In this document: positions 61,477 to 64,000 of the stretch, one piece after another
Layout: every line of letters begins with the position of its first letter
How positions within the stretch are numbered: the stretch's first letter is position 1
Source: Orbicella franksi
Taxonomy: Eukaryota
DNA: 64,000 nucleotides
Assembly: GCA_964199315.1 (NCBI GenBank)
Contig: OZ116703.1
Span: 31,124,001 to 31,188,000, forward strand
Direction of reading: 5' to 3'
The notes under the pieces: model-generated
Told to the model about the DNA's origin: nothing
The model's database searches: none
The model's input: only the letters and a program-made list of their open reading frames with translations
Made by a program: the position numbers and the translations under genes

Positions 61477-63940
61477 TTATGTTCTTGTCTGTAGACTCAT
61501 TTTCTGTGCTAAGCCAGCAAACTCTTTGTGTCCGGAGGCTCCTCTCTGTTTCACATACTCCAGAGTGCGCAGCTGTTGAGATGAATCAGCATGAACAATA
61601 TTAATTAAAGCAACACAACCCGCTTTTATACGGCAAATCGACTCAAAAGCGCTGGAAGAACAGGGCACGAGTTGTTCTTCCAAAGTTTGTTAGGGCGTCG
61701 ATAATTTTTAAAAATATCTCTGTTGTGGCAAAGTGAACATTCCTATTGAGTTACACTATCATACTGCGAGAGCATCCAGTCTTTTCGTTTTTTTTTTCTC
61801 CGCGGGTGAAATAAGAACCTAAAAAAATCAGGATTCTCTCGAAGTTTTCTACACTCTGACAACAGCTTCAACCTCTATGACCTTTGAAGACTAAGTTTCT
61901 GTATCAGTTGTTTTGTATGAGAAAAACACCTATACTTACCGTGTATTTAGTATTTCCAAAGCCGTGTTTCTGAGCGAGATTCCACAGGTTCAGGGCTAAG
62001 GTAGCTAACTGAGGTTGCGACAGGTCCGCGTGACATAACAGCCTTGTAAAACACAACACAATATTTAGCTGGGACTTTCTAAACATGCATGACTCTTTTT
62101 ATCGCTGAAAACTCAAGAGATTAAAAGAAAAACACTTTTCCAAACAACGAGAAAAAGTTCATGAATTGATTTACATGTAACAGTTTTGAGATCTCTCAGT
62201 CCGTTTTTCGACTGTTTAACCAATCAAGAACCAAGTTCGTCTAGGAGGCGAAGAAGTCAAACAGTCATGCATGTGCAAAAAACTTGCACGTACAACGAAG
62301 GACAGCTTTCGGTTCTTTGATTGACCAATATGTTTGAAAACTGAATAAAAATGACAAAAGTTAACTAAATGTCTCAGCAAGTGGAACCGATGTGCTGCGT
62401 AACATTATCATTCCAAAATTGAATGAACAATGAACTCGAGTACTATATTTAGCTGAGCGTAGAATGTAATCCCATTTTGCTGCGTACCTGTTGAAGAACC
62501 CAATGGCTATTGCCGCTTGTCTCTTCAACGCCTAAAGACAAAATACAAAAAAGAAAAAAACATATATTATTATAGATAAGCAAAGGGACTTCAAAGAAAT
62601 CTTAGTCACCTAATTGAATTCAATTGATTTGGTTGTAACTTTTTTAAGTCTATGGATGAAACTCTAGTGTGTGACCATTCAAATGAAAGCTATTGAGCAG
62701 TACGTTCGTGTGGTATTGCCTGTTTACAATTATTTTCCAATTAAGAACGTCGGTAGATTGGAGCAGAAGGTTTACTTACTTCGTCGGAAGTTAAAGACTT
62801 CAAGTGCTCAAACACTGCTTCCATCAATGTAGAAACAATTTTGTTGATCTCGGCCAGGAATTTCTTGTCACAGCCATACAGTCTGTCGTTTGAGTCCACT
62901 GCAAAATAAATCTCTTTTTATATTACTTATTCCTTTTCTCCAAAATAGCAGAATTCGCTAATTAGTTTATTTCTTTCTTCATTTGGCAGTTGTTAATCAC
63001 AGAGTGAAAACCACACATTACACATGGCCTAAAAGCGAGCAAACCCAAAAACGTACCTCTCTCGACGTGATATATGAAGTATTCCTACGGAGACAAGAAA
63101 GGAAAGAAAATATCAACGGAGAGGTGGACCATGTGGCTTTTGAGGGAGGGGGGGGGGGGGCGGTAGCTGATTTTGGAAAAAATATCCTACAAGCATTCTT
63201 GTACAAAAAAATAATCATACATACGACCACTGCCGAAGAAAAAATTCACGCAAGTTCATTGAGCCGAAAAAAATCATGTTACAGGGAGAACAAAATATCA
63301 TGTCTACGTCTCGAGAAACAGATTTTCTGGTGCATGAAAGGGTTGAAAAAAATTCGCGCCTGTACTAGATCACCCACCCATCCCACCCTTCCTCAAAAGT
63401 CAAATAGTTCACCCCCAAGGTTAAAAATTGGTTGTCCTTTTATTTCTTTATCTTGTTCTTTTTGAGAGCCTCTGACCCTTCTTTCTAGGAACTATGTCAA
63501 CAACAGCAAAAAACAAGGCCAACGCCGCTCTTAATTTAATTCCCCAACTAACATGCTGAAAATGTAGAACATATAAAGCGCTAAAACGTGAATGATTAGT
63601 TCATAACCTCGCGCACTTGACAGAACCCTCGAGAAATCTTCAATGGTTTTCTGGCCGGAATATAGGTCTGCGATTACGAGGAAATATAGTCTAATAAACT
63701 GACTACTTAGTTTATTGTGACAGAACTAGGAGAGGTTAAAACTTTATCACTGATGAAAGAGTCATTATATGAACAATGGAGTTACAAGGATACAAAACCA
63801 ACCTGACTCATGGCGGAGAGAAGGCAAATGGCGTTCAGATAAATACTCATCTTTGCACCACTGTTTAATTCCCAAGTGTATTCCTGCACAACATTCAACA
63901 TTCCTCGCACAAGATACAACGCACCTTGATCCGGTGAATC
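61477..63940 (-). CDS. VPS35L: VPS35 endosomal protein sorting factor-like (Retriever subunit, C16orf62), last 6 exons; 5' part outside window
   Basis: Exons 63940-63803, 63084-63057, 62898-62780, 62531-62488, 62042-61940, 61572-61477 (TAA) join in frame: [23 protein letters not shown]...[25 protein letters not shown]...LTSDEALKRQ...[13 protein letters not shown]...LRTLEYVK...MSLQTRT. This matches the VPS35L C-terminus. Confidence 0.93.
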
Positions 63941-64000
63941 CTGGAAAAAACACACAACAGTCAAACATCGCGCAATCATGAAACTGAGAATAATAACACC

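Larger units (their letters stand above)
47901..64000. repeat. Tandem segmental duplication, copy B (continuous with the intact VPS35L; runs past the window end)
   Basis: See copy A. It carries extra insertions at 48640-50680 and 58516-60113, and ~3 kb (60330-63298) that is absent from A. Confidence 0.9.

Noticed and set aside
62983-63465. 160-aa + strand ORF
   Set aside because: It runs antisense over a VPS35L exon and through a MITE and a poly-G tract, with no protein-like features.

Overview
Eukaryotic, intron-rich, AT-rich animal DNA. The SINE and MITE repertoire suggests an anthozoan, probably a stony coral (inference). There are no rRNA, true tRNA or CRISPR features. All exons below were traced by hand with GT-AG boundaries and consistent phase. 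Three conserved genes frame the window: the last 8 coding exons of CCDC96/CFAP184 (+), a complete 24-exon TRAF7 (+), and the last 6 exons of VPS35L (-). Between and inside them lies an accessory cluster of two interleaved, locally expanded families. (1) Six copies of an intronless ~125-150 aa family I cannot name, with the motif SC..FF...LTENA+[26 protein letters not shown]+M. Four copies have open frames and two are broken; two sit antisense inside TRAF7 intron 21. (2) Three intact F-box genes whose C-terminal domain resembles the cyanobacterial nuclease inhibitor NuiA, including a C-terminal Thr (inference from recalled sequence, needs a profile search). The right half is a tandem duplication: copy A ~37.6-47.9 kb, copy B 47.9 kb to beyond the window end. 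Both copies kept an intact F-box gene, but copy A lost the small gene's N-terminus and keeps only broken VPS35L exons. Several transposon insertions have their empty sites visible in the paralogous copy.
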